DNA of 64,000 nucleotides from an uncultured Verrucomicrobiae bacterium (lineage in GTDB: Bacteria > Verrucomicrobiota > Verrucomicrobiia > Limisphaerales > Palsa-1400): contig CAVXRD010000001.1 in the NCBI GenBank assembly GCA_963764165.1, positions 960,001-1,024,000 of the forward strand, in the 5' to 3' direction. The notes beneath the pieces are model-generated. The model was not told the origin of the DNA, did no database searches, and saw only the letters and a list, made by a program, of their open reading frames with translations. A program made the translations under genes and the position numbers. Positions 27,785 to 38,077 of this stretch are shown here, piece by piece. Each line of letters starts with the position of its first letter. Positions within the stretch are counted from its first letter, which is position 1.

Positions 27785-29856
27785 GTTGTTGGGGAGGCAG
27801 TTTTTGGCAGGACGACGGTGAAGGTGGTGCCTTTGCCAATTTCGCTTTCGACGCTAATGGTGCCGCCCTGTTTTTCGATAATTTTACGGGTCAGCACCAG
27901 GCCCAGCCCTGTTCCGCCTTGGCGGCGGGTTGGCCCGGAATCCAATTGCTCGAACTCGCGGAATAGCCGGGACAAATCGGCTGGCTTGATGCCGATGCCG
28001 TTATCTTTGACAGCTAGCTTGAACTTGTTGCCATCGTTTGGCGCGCAATCAATGATCACGAATCCGCGCTCGTCCGTAAATTTAATCGCATTTGAAACCA
28101 GATTAAACACAACCTGCTTGAATTTAAGCTGGTCCAAGTATACGTCCCCCAATTCGGGAGCGACAGAAGCAAATACTTGAATGTTTTTCTTCTGGGCAAT
28201 GGCCCGCGCCACCAGGCAAACCTCGTGCAACGCTTTCTTGGGGGAGAAATTCTCCGCAATGAATTCGAGCTTGCCCGCCTCCACCTTGGCCAGGTCAAGA
28301 ACATCGTTGACGAGTTGCAGCAGCAGGCGGCCGCTGGCGAGAACGTCGTCGAGAAATTCCTTTTGCTGCGGATTGAGTTCCCCAGGGCCGCCGTCAACAA
28401 GAAGTTCAGAGAGGCCGATGATGGCGTTCAAGGGCGTGCGCAATTCGTGGCTCATGGAGGCGAGGAATTCGGACTTGGCGCGCCCGGCTTGCTCGGCGTT
28501 TTCCTTGGCTTCTTTCAATTCGGCGGTGCGTTCGGCGACTTTGCGCTCCAAATTCTCGTAGGATTCCCGCAGGGCTTCCAGCGCCTTCTCCCGCTCGCTC
28601 ATTCCCGTGTTCAAAAAAAACAGGCCCACCGACAAAAGCGTAATGCTTAGAAACAATCCCAGCGGCAGCAGGAGAAAGGTGGTTCTGGAAACGTTGGACT
28701 CCTTCTTTTGCCGTTCGTCCAGGATTTTGTACTCGACATTTTCCATGTCCTTGACGGCGTCACGGATGGCCACGGAAACCTCCACCCGGCGGTCGTCGGC
28801 CATCAGGCGCTCGGCGGCGGCGGCTCCCTTGTCGCGGCGGGCGGCCATGATCTTCTCCCCTGCGGCAATGCGCTCCTCGACCAGCGACCGAAGCTGTGCA
28901 AGGCGATTTCGCTGGTGGAATTCATCGAGAGTCAATTCGTTGAGGGCCTCGAGATTCTTGTACAAAGCCATGCGGTATTCGGACTCCTCGGCAAAATATT
29001 GCGGGTGGGGATTGTTGAGGTAATTGGCTAGAGTGGTGCCAAGCGCGGAAACGCCCACCATGATTTGGCCGATTTCCTTCAGCTCCTCCTCGGAATGGCC
29101 CACGTCCGCCGAGGTGTGCTGAAGCTGGTCGGTGAATTGATAGGAAATCGCCGAAGCCAAAACCAGCGACACAATTCCAATCACAAATCCGCCTGTGGTC
29201 AATTTATCCAGGGACCAAACCAAGCCGCCGCGGTACTTGGCCAGGCTGAGCAATCCCACACCCAGCACGCCAAAACCCGTCGCGGTGTGAAAGGAGACGC
29301 CGGCGTAATCCCAAAGATCGATGTTGAACATGGCGGCGAAGACATGCCCAACCATCGTCAGCAGGCCAACCGCCAGCAGTGAAGCGCCGACCGCCGCCAG
29401 CAGCGCCGTGCGCCACTTGGAAGTTCGCCGTCCGGATTCCGCCACGAATTGAAGCCCCGTCAAGAAAAAGCAAAAGGCCGTCACCGGCGCCATGCGCCCC
29501 GCCACCGATGCCTTGTTGGCGGGACCTGGATCGTCAAAGAAAAAATGGTCGATCTGCAAATCCGCCCCGGAAAAATACTCGGTCAGGGTCAAGCCGCCGA
29601 TAGCCGCCAAGGCCAGCCCGGCGACCAGGGCAATAACGCGGCCCGTGGCGTTGACAAACCGAAACGAGAGGGAAAACAAGGCGATCCCGCACAGCAAAAA
29701 CCCAATCGCGGTGTTGGCCTTCATCGTCACAGAGCCCGGGACGATGGTTTTGAGAATCTGAATTTTAAAAGCCCAGCCCGCCAGCACGATCAGGCCGAGG
29801 ATGGCCGATGCCGCCGCTGTGGTGGACGCTATTCGGAGGGATCTGTCGTTCCTCAT
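27781..29856 (-). CDS. Membrane sensor histidine kinase (multi-TM, CHASE3-like, HisKA, HATPase)
   Basis: [38 protein letters not shown] overlap with the response regulator. Confidence 0.92.
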   Translation of the reverse strand: MRNDRSLRIASTTAAASAILGLIVLAGWAFKIQILKTIVPGSVTMKANTAIGFLLCGIALFSLSFRFVNATGRVIALVAGLALAAIGGLTLTEYFSGADLQIDHFFFDDPGPANKASVAGRMAPVTAFCFFLTGLQFVAESGRRTSKWRTALLAAVGASLLAVGLLTMVGHVFAAMFNIDLWDYAGVSFHTATGFGVLGVGLLSLAKYRGGLVWSLDKLTTGGFVIGIVSLVLASAISYQFTDQLQHTSADVGHSEEELKEIGQIMVGVSALGTTLANYLNNPHPQYFAEESEYRMALYKNLEALNELTLDEFHQRNRLAQLRSLVEERIAAGEKIMAARRDKGAAAAERLMADDRRVEVSVAIRDAVKDMENVEYKILDERQKKESNVSRTTFLLLPLGLFLSITLLSVGLFFLNTGMSEREKALEALRESYENLERKVAERTAELKEAKENAEQAGRAKSEFLASMSHELRTPLNAIIGLSELLVDGGPGELNPQQKEFLDDVLASGRLLLQLVNDVLDLAKVEAGKLEFIAENFSPKKALHEVCLVARAIAQKKNIQVFASVAPELGDVYLDQLKFKQVVFNLVSNAIKFTDERGFVIIDCAPNDGNKFKLAVKDNGIGIKPADLSRLFREFEQLDSGPTRRQGGTGLGLVLTRKIIEKQGGTISVESEIGKGTTFTVVLPKTASPTT

Positions 29857-29992
29857 AGCAGAGGAGGCGCAGCCAGGTGCCGTGCCCGCGCTGTGCCGCA
29901 CTGCTCAATAAAAATGGCTGGCCATCGTGACATTCTATAAAACATCCCGAATTCACCGCTGTGGGTCAATCAAATTGACGTTTTTCTCAAAG

Positions 29993-30089
29993 GCGGGGAC
30001 GCCTTGGCGAGGCGTCCGGGGTGAGGCCTAATTCATGCGCAAGCCTCGGACATTTTCACGCGCAACCGGACGCCTCGGCGAGGCGCTAC
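29993..30089. repeat. REP doublet, family A (degenerate)
   Basis: GGGGACGCCTTGGCGAGGCGTCCGGGGTGAGG ... CACGCGCAACCGGACGCCTCGGCGAGGCGCTAC. Confidence 0.85.
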
Positions 30090-30160
30090 CTCGCTTCGCA
30101 ACCACAATCGCGCAACTTTGAGATTTGACGCGAGTTCATGCGGGAGCCAACATTCCTCTC

Positions 30161-30944
30161 ATGAACTCTAGCGTTATTGCATTTCTGGCGCTTGCGGGAG
30201 CATTCGCCGTCTCCATGTTGCCGGCCGCCGCCGCTGATGCTGACAAACCGCAGTACTACGAATTGCGCGTTTACACCACGAAATCCGCCGAGCAGCAAAA
30301 GCTGGTCAGTGATTATTGGCAGAACGCGGCCGGTGCCGGCTTACAACCGCATGGGCATCTCGCCCGTCGGCGTTTTCACTGAAACTCAGGAATCGCCTAC
30401 GAACAAAATTTACGTGCTGGTTCCGTGCGATAGCTTGGAGACGTTCGCCGCCATTCCCGCCAAGCTCGCCGCTGACACCGCTTATCAAGCCGCTTCCGCC
30501 GAGTACATGGCGCGGCCCAAAGGCAGCCCAGCCTTTGAGCGAATTGAAAGCTCTCTCAATATTGCTTTTGACGGAATGAAAAAACTGGCTGTTCCGCCAT
30601 CTGCCGCCGAAAAGAAACCGTGGATATTTGAATTGCGGATTTACGAGAGCCCGACCGAAAACAAAGGCATTAACAAGGTCCAGATGTTCAATTCTGGCGA
30701 AGTTTCGTTGATGCAGGAAGTTGGCCTAAGCCCGGTCTTTTTTTCACAGACCGTCGTCGGCCCGCAAATGCCGAACCTCGTTTACATGGTCTCCGCGGAA
30801 AACATGGACGAGCACAAAAAGCATTGGGACGCTTTTCGCAACGCCGCCGTCTGGAAAAAACTCAGTTCGGATCCGCAATACAAAGACAACGTCTCGCGCG
30901 TGACGAGCATTTTTCTGAAACGCACGCCGGCGTCACAGATTTAA
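30161..30944 (+). CDS. NIPSNAP family protein; single-base frameshift at ~30332
   Basis: Signal peptide, YYELRVY, IFELRIYES, LVYM, C-terminus FLKRTPASQI. One extra G separates QNAA from VPAYNRMG. Confidence 0.82.
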
Positions 30945-30961
30945 GTCGTCGGCCAAGAATC

Positions 30962-31185
30962 TCATTTCTTAAGCGACACAAGAACAGCGGTTCCATCGAA
31001 ACGTGGCTTTTTGGGGTCTCCGACGGCCCGCGCCTCCGCAAGCTTGCGCGTCATACGCGGTCGTCCGACTTTGTTCACGAAAAACTTGAGTTTCCCTTTT
31101 TCCGTAACCAGCAATTGCTCCCCATAACGCCACGCATCCACCAACCCGGCGTCGCTATAAACTTTCGCACAGTCACCGCTCTCAT
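30962..31185 (-). pseudogene. Probable antitoxin (Phd-like), frameshifted, followed by a toxin stub
   Basis: MRAVTVRKF-(one T missing)-YSDAGLVDAWRYGEQLLVTEKGKLKFFV...FDGTAVLVSLKK*. ATGA overlap into MRFLADDLNL*, which resembles a PIN N-terminus. Confidence 0.5.
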
Positions 31186-31429
31186 ATAGCTAGTTTTATT
31201 GTCTAACGACGCGGCATCGAAGCGAAATTATTTGGAGAATTCCATCTGATCTTGCGTTGCGGAGGATGCGGTCGGCGAGGGCACCGACCGCGACACGCAA
31301 GGCGCGTGCGCTCCCGCGCGCAGAGGGAAGCGCCTCGCGTCCCGCAGCCCATACGCCTTATAATTCCGATAAATCCGCTCCTTACTTCGCAATTGCCTGT
31401 GATTGATGGCTTGGATAAGACTGTTCGCC

Positions 31430-32284
31430 ATGCTTGCATTTTTAAGGTTGGCGTTCAGTGGTTTTGCTCTCAGTCTTATCTGCGCTGCCAGCGTCACCGC
31501 GGAACCTTTCAAAACGCCCATCGGTCTGCAATTGGAAAGTGTGAACGGCGGCATGCACAAGGATATGGCCGGGACGCTCGAGAAAGTCCACAACTGGGGT
31601 TTCACTGAGGTTGAGCTCGTGGGCGACTACAATCTATCGCCGTCCGCCTTGAAAGCGGAATTGGCTGAGCACAAGCTCAAAGCCACCAGCGCGCATTTTC
31701 CCTACGCGACGTTTCGCGATGCGCCGGATAAGCTCGCGGAAGAAGCAAAAGCGCTGGGCCTCGTCACCATCGGTTGTCCTTCGCTTCCTCAGCACGACGC
31801 GCTGGATGAGTCCGGCTGCCGGGCCGCCGCCGAGATGTTCAATCATGCGGGCCAAATCATGAGCGAACACGGCGTCAAATTTTTCTATCATCCGCACGGT
31901 TACGAATTTAAACCATTCGGCCAGGGCACACTCTTTGATTTATTGGTGACAAATACGAATCCCAAATACGTCCATTTCCAAATGGATATTTATTGGATCG
32001 TCCACGCTGGCCAGGACCCAATCAAACTTCTCAAGCGTTATCCGGATCGCTGGGTTTCGATGCACTTAAAGGATATGCGGAAAGGAGCGCCAACGGGAAT
32101 TTTCAATGGCACCATCAACCGAAAGGATTTTGTGCCGATTGGCCAGGGGCAGATCGATATCGTCGGCGCAATGAAACTAGCTTACAAATTTGGCGTCAAA
32201 TCCTTCATCATCGAAGACGAATCCAGTTCTGCCGACACGGGAATTCCCCAAAGTTTGACGTTTTTGAAATCCGTGACGTGGTGA
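31430..32284 (+). CDS. Sugar phosphate isomerase/epimerase (xylose isomerase-like TIM barrel), secreted type
   Basis: IGLQL, GFTEVE, YHPHGYEF, QMDIYW, HLKD, IIEDE. Confidence 0.88.
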   Translation: MLAFLRLAFSGFALSLICAASVTAEPFKTPIGLQLESVNGGMHKDMAGTLEKVHNWGFTEVELVGDYNLSPSALKAELAEHKLKATSAHFPYATFRDAPDKLAEEAKALGLVTIGCPSLPQHDALDESGCRAAAEMFNHAGQIMSEHGVKFFYHPHGYEFKPFGQGTLFDLLVTNTNPKYVHFQMDIYWIVHAGQDPIKLLKRYPDRWVSMHLKDMRKGAPTGIFNGTINRKDFVPIGQGQIDIVGAMKLAYKFGVKSFIIEDESSSADTGIPQSLTFLKSVTW

Positions 32285-32332
32285 CGGCCGGGGTATGATT
32301 AAATGCGTGTGATCTTGCAGGCGCGAAGCGAG

Positions 32333-32433
32333 GTATGGACGCCTCGCCGAGGCGTCCGGGGTGAGGTTCTCTCAATTCCAGCGTCTTGAAAATTTCACAC
32401 GTCGACCCGGACGCCTCGGCGAGGCGTCCCTGC
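32333..32433. repeat. REP doublet, family A
   Basis: GTATGGACGCCTCGCCGAGGCGTCCGGGGTGAGG ... CCCGGACGCCTCGGCGAGGCGTCCCTGC. Confidence 0.88.
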
Positions 32434-32519
32434 CTTTTCGCCGCTTTTATCGCGCCGGGAAATCAAGACAGACAGAATTTCATCTCGCATGAACCGCAAC
32501 TGGCGTTAAATTCGAGCGC

Positions 32520-33302
32520 ATGTCGTTTTTTTTCGTTTTTCTGGGATCCGGCACCTCGCAAGGCGTGCCGATCATTGGCAAGGAATATCCGCCGTCGTTC
32601 CTTGCCAATCCGAAAAATCATCGCACGCGCCCGTCCATTTACGTGGAAACGGACAAAGTTAAGTTCGTTGTCGACACAACGCCGGAGTTTCGCATCCAGA
32701 TTCTGCGCGAAAACATCCGCTGGCTGGACGCCGTCATTTTCACCCACGCGCACGCCGACCACATCATGGGCTTGGACGATTGCCGCCGGTTCTGCGATTT
32801 GCGCGGCGGCCCCCTGCCCGTTTACGCCACCAAGGTGACGATGGACAATTTGGCGCGCGTGTATAATTACGCCTTCCTGGCCAAGGAAATTCCCAAGGGC
32901 TATTTCGCGCCCGAGCCGCATCTCGTGGAAGGCCCGTTCACGCTCGGCGATTTGGAAATCACGCCGATGGAATTGCCGCACGGGCCCGTCAACACAACGG
33001 GCTACCTTTTCACGCAAGGCGGCGTCAAACGGCTGGCCTATCTGAGCGATTGCAAGGAAGTCCCGGCCGCCGCGCATGAGATCATCCACGGCGTCGAAGT
33101 CTTGGTGCTCGATGCGTTGCGGCACGCTCCGCATCCGACGCATATGTGCCTCGACGAGGCGCTCACTGCCGCCCGGCGCATTAATGCGGGGCGCACTTAC
33201 TTCACGCACCTGACCCACGATTTCGACCATGACATCGCGCAGGCCGAGCTTCCGCCGACGGTGGAATTTGCCTTCGACGGATTGCGGGTGGATGTGCCAT
33301 AG
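32520..33302 (+). CDS. MBL-fold metallo-hydrolase (PhnP-like)
   Basis: [40 protein letters not shown]. Confidence 0.9.
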   Translation: MSFFFVFLGSGTSQGVPIIGKEYPPSFLANPKNHRTRPSIYVETDKVKFVVDTTPEFRIQILRENIRWLDAVIFTHAHADHIMGLDDCRRFCDLRGGPLPVYATKVTMDNLARVYNYAFLAKEIPKGYFAPEPHLVEGPFTLGDLEITPMELPHGPVNTTGYLFTQGGVKRLAYLSDCKEVPAAAHEIIHGVEVLVLDALRHAPHPTHMCLDEALTAARRINAGRTYFTHLTHDFDHDIAQAELPPTVEFAFDGLRVDVP

Positions 33303-33312
33303 TTTGACCGCG

Positions 33313-34959
33313 ATGCGATTCCGCAACTTCGTGGCCGCCGTTATTCTGATATTTATCGGAATTCCATTGGCGTCCGCCGACGGGCCGGGGGACTCGGTTG
33401 TTGTCGTATATAATTCCAAACAGCCGGATTCGAAAGGAGTCGCCGAGCATTACGCCGAGCGCCGGCACGTTCCCAAGAGCCAGATCATCGGGCTTGATCT
33501 GCCGACGGACGAAACGATGTCACGAGCCGACTATCGAACGAAACTGCAGCAGCCATTGCTGAAATTTCTCGAGGACAATCACCTATTCACCTATGCCCCG
33601 GCTCCCGATGGCGACACTCCGAGCAATGCGGTTCCAATCGCGGCGACGGTTCGCTACGCGGTCCTCTGTTACGGCGTCCCGCTGCGCATTGGCGAGGATG
33701 GCACGCTCGCCGAAGCCGGCGCGGATACAGTTGCAGAACCGCTGCGCCGCAATGGCGCAGCCGTTGATTCGGAATTATGCCGGCTGCCGGTGAAAAATTC
33801 GACTGCCCTTCTCACAGGGCCGGAGATGAATCACTTGTTCGGCAAGGTCCGCCCCGAGTGGCTGAGCCCCACCAACACGCTGCTGATGGTTACCCGGCTG
33901 GACGGCCCAAGTGCCATCATTGCGCGCGGCCTGATAGACAAAGCCATCGCGGCGGAATCGAACGGATTGTGGGGCCGGGCTTATTTTGACCTGCGCGGCC
34001 TCAAGGATGGCAATTACAAACCCGGCGATGACATGCTTCGCGCCGCGGCGGAAATTGCGCGCGAGTGCGGTTTTGACACTCTTGTTGACGAGAACGAAGA
34101 GACATTTCCCGCCGCGTTTCCCATGAGCCAGATCGCGCTTTACGCCGGCTGGTATAACAGCGATGCCAACGGGCCGTTCGCGCGGCCGAAGGTGGAATTC
34201 ATGCCCGGAGCCTTCGCCTATCATCTGCATTCATACAGCGCGCAAACGCTCCGCAGCACCAACACCCATTGGTGCGGCCCGCTGCTCGCGGAAGGCGCGG
34301 CCGCGACCATGGGCTGCGTCGATGAGCCTTATCTCTCAGGCACGCCCAACATGGATATTTTCTTCGCCGCCTGGCTGCGCGGCAGTTTCACTTACGGCGA
34401 GGCCGCCTACGCCTGCCAGCGCGTTCTCTCGTGGCAAACCACGGTCATCGGCGACCCGCTCTACCGCGCCTTCAGCATGCCCCCCCGCGCCCGCCACGAC
34501 ATGCTCGAACGCCAGCACAGTCCATGGCTGGAATGGGCCGACCTGCAATTCGTCAACGAAGCCCTGATCCTCGGCGCCAAGCCCGCCGAAATGATCGATT
34601 ACTTGACAAGCCCGTCCGTCCCGTCCCACAGCCCAATCCTTTCCGAAAAGCTCGCCGAACTATATCACGCTCGCGGTTCATCTGATGACGTCATCAAATC
34701 GCTGGAAGCCGCATTGGCGGACAATCCATCCCCGCAGCAAAGAGTGCGCCTGACCCTGAAACTCCACGACCGATTCATTGGCGCGAATCGCGAGTCCGAC
34801 GCGCTGGCGTTGCTCGAGAATTTCACCAAACAAAATCCCGACTACCCCGACCTCCTCAGCCTTTACCGTAGGATGGAAGCCCTCGCCACGAAACTGCACC
34901 ACTCCAAGGAAGCCAAAGCCATCGCTGACGAGATTGCGAAGCGCACGGAGCATAATTAA
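33313..34959 (+). CDS. TIGR03790 family protein with a C-terminal TPR-like region
   Basis: VVVVYN...SKGVAEHYAERR, AAVDSEL, MVTRLDGP, YAGWY, PGAFAYHLHSYSA, GCVDEPYL, LSWQTTVIGDPLY. Confidence 0.85.
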   Translation: MRFRNFVAAVILIFIGIPLASADGPGDSVVVVYNSKQPDSKGVAEHYAERRHVPKSQIIGLDLPTDETMSRADYRTKLQQPLLKFLEDNHLFTYAPAPDGDTPSNAVPIAATVRYAVLCYGVPLRIGEDGTLAEAGADTVAEPLRRNGAAVDSELCRLPVKNSTALLTGPEMNHLFGKVRPEWLSPTNTLLMVTRLDGPSAIIARGLIDKAIAAESNGLWGRAYFDLRGLKDGNYKPGDDMLRAAAEIARECGFDTLVDENEETFPAAFPMSQIALYAGWYNSDANGPFARPKVEFMPGAFAYHLHSYSAQTLRSTNTHWCGPLLAEGAAATMGCVDEPYLSGTPNMDIFFAAWLRGSFTYGEAAYACQRVLSWQTTVIGDPLYRAFSMPPRARHDMLERQHSPWLEWADLQFVNEALILGAKPAEMIDYLTSPSVPSHSPILSEKLAELYHARGSSDDVIKSLEAALADNPSPQQRVRLTLKLHDRFIGANRESDALALLENFTKQNPDYPDLLSLYRRMEALATKLHHSKEAKAIADEIAKRTEHN

Positions 34960-35088
34960 CGGCTTTTGGTCCCTACCGAAAAAAAGTGTGGATAAATCTG
35001 GAACTCACGAACTCAGGAAGAGAGTTCTGGAAAGACATTCCTGATTTCCAGATTAATTCCTCCCCAATTTTACTCCCATTTTCCAAGC

Positions 35089-35117
35089 TTGACCGGAGAC
35101 GGACAGTGCGCTAGTTT
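35089..35117 (+). promoter_or_regulatory. Sigma70 promoter of the ilv leader
   Basis: TTGACC-N17-TAGTTT, 8 nt before the leader ATG. Confidence 0.6.
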
Positions 35118-35125
35118 CTGCCGTC

Positions 35126-35206
35126 ATGCTCGGTAATTGGCTGCAAGTTATTCTGACAGGCGTGGTCGTCGTAGGACGGCCCGCCGTGGAGACTTGTCGC
35201 GTCTAA
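35126..35206 (+). CDS. ilv attenuator leader peptide, 26 aa
   Basis: MLGNWLQVILTGVVVVGRPAVETCRV*. Rich in Val/Leu/Ile, including four consecutive Val, and lies directly upstream of ilvB. Confidence 0.85.
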   Translation: MLGNWLQVILTGVVVVGRPAVETCRV

Positions 35207-35217
35207 TGCTTTCCGAC

Positions 35218-35253
35218 AAACCCACGGCTGAAAAGGTCGTGGGTTTTTTATTT
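35218..35253 (+). terminator. Attenuator (intrinsic terminator)
   Basis: AAACCCACGGC-TGAAAAG-GTCGTGGGTTTTTTATTT. GCCGTGG in the leader can pair with CCACGGC to form an antiterminator. Confidence 0.85.
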
Positions 35254-35282
35254 CGGCCCCCGGCCCGCCAGCCAAAAATCAT

Positions 35283-37157
35283 ATGAATACAAAAGTCCGA
35301 ACAAAAAAGTCACAGGCACTCAAAGCTCCCAAAGCTCCGGTCTCCAAAATCGGCGCGCCCATGGCGGGCAGCGATATTCTCATCCGCGCCCTCGAACGCG
35401 AAGGCGTCGAACATATTTTTGCCTATCCGGGCGGCGCCAGCATGGAACTCCACCAATCGCTGACGCGCTCGACCATTCGCACGATTTTGCCCCGGCACGA
35501 ACAGGGCGGCGCTTTTGCCGCCTGCGGTTACGCCCGCGCGACCGGCAAGCCGGGCGTTTGCATGGCCACCAGCGGTCCCGGCGCGACCAATCTCGTCACC
35601 TCCATCGCAGATGCCTACATGGATTCCGTCCCGCTCATCGCCATCACCGGCCAGGTGCCGCAGGCGATGATCGGCAAGGGCGCGTTCCAGGAAACCGACT
35701 TTTTCGGCATGACCCTGCCGGTTGTCAAACATAGTTATCTGATCACCGACATCAATGAAATCCCGCGCGTGGTCAAGGAAGCGTTTTATATCGCCCGCAC
35801 CGGGCGGCCCGGCCCGGTGGTGATTGATTTCCCGAAGAATCTCCAGCAAGCCCGCACGCAGCCAGTCTGGCCGACAGAAGTGACCTTGCGCGGTTACGAT
35901 CCGCTGCAAAAGGCGGACGATCTCGCATTGAATGAAATCATCGGATTGATCGAGAAGTCCGAGCGCCCCGTGCTTTATTGCGGTGGCGGCATCATCACGG
36001 GCGACGCGTCAGAAGAGCTTCGCAAATTTGCCGAGGCGACCAAAATTCCCGTGACCACGACGATCATGGGCTGCGGCGCCTTCCCGGAAACGCATCCGCT
36101 TTCCTTGCGCTGGCTCGGCATGCACGGCGCGGCGTTTGCCAATTGGGCGGTGAGCGGTGAATATCAATCACGCGCGAATTTCACCGACCAGGCGATCAAG
36201 GTGAAAGACGGGGCGGATTTGCTGCTGGCCTTCGGCGTGCGGTTTGACGACCGCGTGACCGGCAAAGTTGAGGAATTCTGCAAGACGGGAACGATCGTTC
36301 ATATTGACATCGATCAATCCGAGCACAACAAAAACCGCAAGGTGCATCTGGCCATCCAGAGCGACATTAAGTACGCGCTCAAGCGGCTCAATGAAATGGT
36401 CCGCAACCGCAAAATTCAAAAGACCTTCGAGGCGTGGCACAAGCAGATCGAGGAATGGAAGGCGCGCGCGCCATTCGCCTGGAAGGTCGACGAAGAGGTG
36501 GTCCACTCGGAGCACATGCACGAACACCTCCAAGGCCGCGAAAGTGAAGTGATTCTGCCGCAGATGGCCATCGAGATGCTTTACGAATTGACCAAAGGCG
36601 AGGCCGTCATCACGACAGGCGTCGGCCAGCACCAAATGTGGACGGGGCAATTCTACAAATTCAACACGCCCCGCCAGCTCATCACCAGCGCCGGACTGGG
36701 CGCGATGGGTTTCGGTTATCCGGCGGCGCTCGGCGCGAAAGTCGCCCTGCCGCACAAGCAGGTGGTCGATATTGACGGCGACGGTTCCTTCCTGATGAAC
36801 GTTCAGGAACTGGCCACCGCACACATCGAAAAAATCGCGGCCAAGGCGATGATCCTGAACAACCAGCACCTCGGCATGGTGGTGCAGTGGGAGGATAATT
36901 TCTACAAGGGCAATCGCGGCAACACCTATTTGGGGGACCCGAATTTGCGCAAACAAATTTATCCCGATTACATCGCGATGGCGAAGAGCTTCAATGTCCC
37001 CGCCCAGCGCGTCATGTATAAGAAAGACCTGCGCAAGGCGATTCAGGATATGCTTGACTCAGATCAGCCATATTTGCTGGACGTCATCTGCCCCTACACG
37101 GAGCACGTGATGCCCTTCATCCCCGCCGGCCGGACGGTGGCGGATATGCGGTATTGA
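35283..37157 (+). CDS. ilvB: Acetolactate synthase large subunit
   Basis: [42 protein letters not shown] (ThDP motif). Confidence 0.96.
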   Translation: MNTKVRTKKSQALKAPKAPVSKIGAPMAGSDILIRALEREGVEHIFAYPGGASMELHQSLTRSTIRTILPRHEQGGAFAACGYARATGKPGVCMATSGPGATNLVTSIADAYMDSVPLIAITGQVPQAMIGKGAFQETDFFGMTLPVVKHSYLITDINEIPRVVKEAFYIARTGRPGPVVIDFPKNLQQARTQPVWPTEVTLRGYDPLQKADDLALNEIIGLIEKSERPVLYCGGGIITGDASEELRKFAEATKIPVTTTIMGCGAFPETHPLSLRWLGMHGAAFANWAVSGEYQSRANFTDQAIKVKDGADLLLAFGVRFDDRVTGKVEEFCKTGTIVHIDIDQSEHNKNRKVHLAIQSDIKYALKRLNEMVRNRKIQKTFEAWHKQIEEWKARAPFAWKVDEEVVHSEHMHEHLQGRESEVILPQMAIEMLYELTKGEAVITTGVGQHQMWTGQFYKFNTPRQLITSAGLGAMGFGYPAALGAKVALPHKQVVDIDGDGSFLMNVQELATAHIEKIAAKAMILNNQHLGMVVQWEDNFYKGNRGNTYLGDPNLRKQIYPDYIAMAKSFNVPAQRVMYKKDLRKAIQDMLDSDQPYLLDVICPYTEHVMPFIPAGRTVADMRY

Positions 37158-37179
37158 GTTGGTCGATTTGGCTTTGGCT

Positions 37180-37291
37180 CGGTAGGGCGAGGCTCCTGCC
37201 GAGCCGTCCTATTGGTCGTATAAGTCCTATAGGTCCTATTCAATAAAAGCCCGGGAAGATGGGATGGCTCGGCGGGAGCCTCGCCCTACCG
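37180..37291. repeat. REP doublet, family B (GTAG-type)
   Basis: CGGTAGGGCGAGGCTCCTGCCGAGCC ... GGCTCGGCGGGAGCCTCGCCCTACCG, between convergent ilvB and trpC. Confidence 0.88.
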
Positions 37292-38077
37292 TCAAACATT
37301 CAGAAGCTGCTCTATTTTTTCGCCGATGCTCTCGCGCTCCCTGTTGCGCAACAGCGATTCTCCCACTAGGATCGCCCCTGCCCCCGCGCGATAGACTTGC
37401 TGCACGTCGGCTGCCGTGTTCAATCCGCTTTCGGCGACGATGAACTTCCCCGGCATCTTCGCGGCGAGGCGGGCGGTCGTCCCCAAATCCACAGTAAAAT
37501 TATCCAAATTTCGATTGTTGACGCCGATGAGCGGCGCGTCCATCGCAAGCACGCGTTCCAGTTCCGCCTCATCATGCACCTCGACCAGCGCGGTCAAGCC
37601 CGCGTCGACGGCGAGTTGATGGAACTGGCGCAATTGCGCGTCGGACAAAATTCGAACGATTAACAGGATGGCGTCCGCGCCGTTTTCGGCCGCCTCAAGA
37701 ATCTGGCGTTCGTCAATTATAAAGTCCTTGCGCAAGAGAGGAAGCGAAACCGCCGCGCGAATTTGCCGAAGGTATTCCAATGAGCCTTGAAAGAATTTCT
37801 CGTCCGTGAGCACGGAAAGACAGGCAGCCCCCGCCGCTTCGTATTCGCGGGCGATGCGAACGGGATCAAAATCCGCGCAGATGACTCCGGCGGACGGCGA
37901 GGCTTTCTTTACTTCCGCGATCAATGCAACCGGGCCGCGCCTGGGCTGGCGCAGCGCGGAAAAAAAATCGCGCGGCGAACGGCGGGCATCCCGGATCATC
38001 GCGGGCGTGACTTCGAAAGTTGGCAGCTTCGCCACTTCGCGCTTTTTCTCCGCGACAATGGTGTCGAGGATGTTCAT
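37292..38077 (-). CDS. trpC: Indole-3-glycerol phosphate synthase
   Basis: IAEVKKASPSAG, LSVLTDEKFFQG, LRKDFI, IGVNNRNL, AESG, LVGESL. The start overlaps the prfB stop (TAATG). Confidence 0.95.
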   Translation of the reverse strand: MNILDTIVAEKKREVAKLPTFEVTPAMIRDARRSPRDFFSALRQPRRGPVALIAEVKKASPSAGVICADFDPVRIAREYEAAGAACLSVLTDEKFFQGSLEYLRQIRAAVSLPLLRKDFIIDERQILEAAENGADAILLIVRILSDAQLRQFHQLAVDAGLTALVEVHDEAELERVLAMDAPLIGVNNRNLDNFTVDLGTTARLAAKMPGKFIVAESGLNTAADVQQVYRAGAGAILVGESLLRNRERESIGEKIEQLLNV

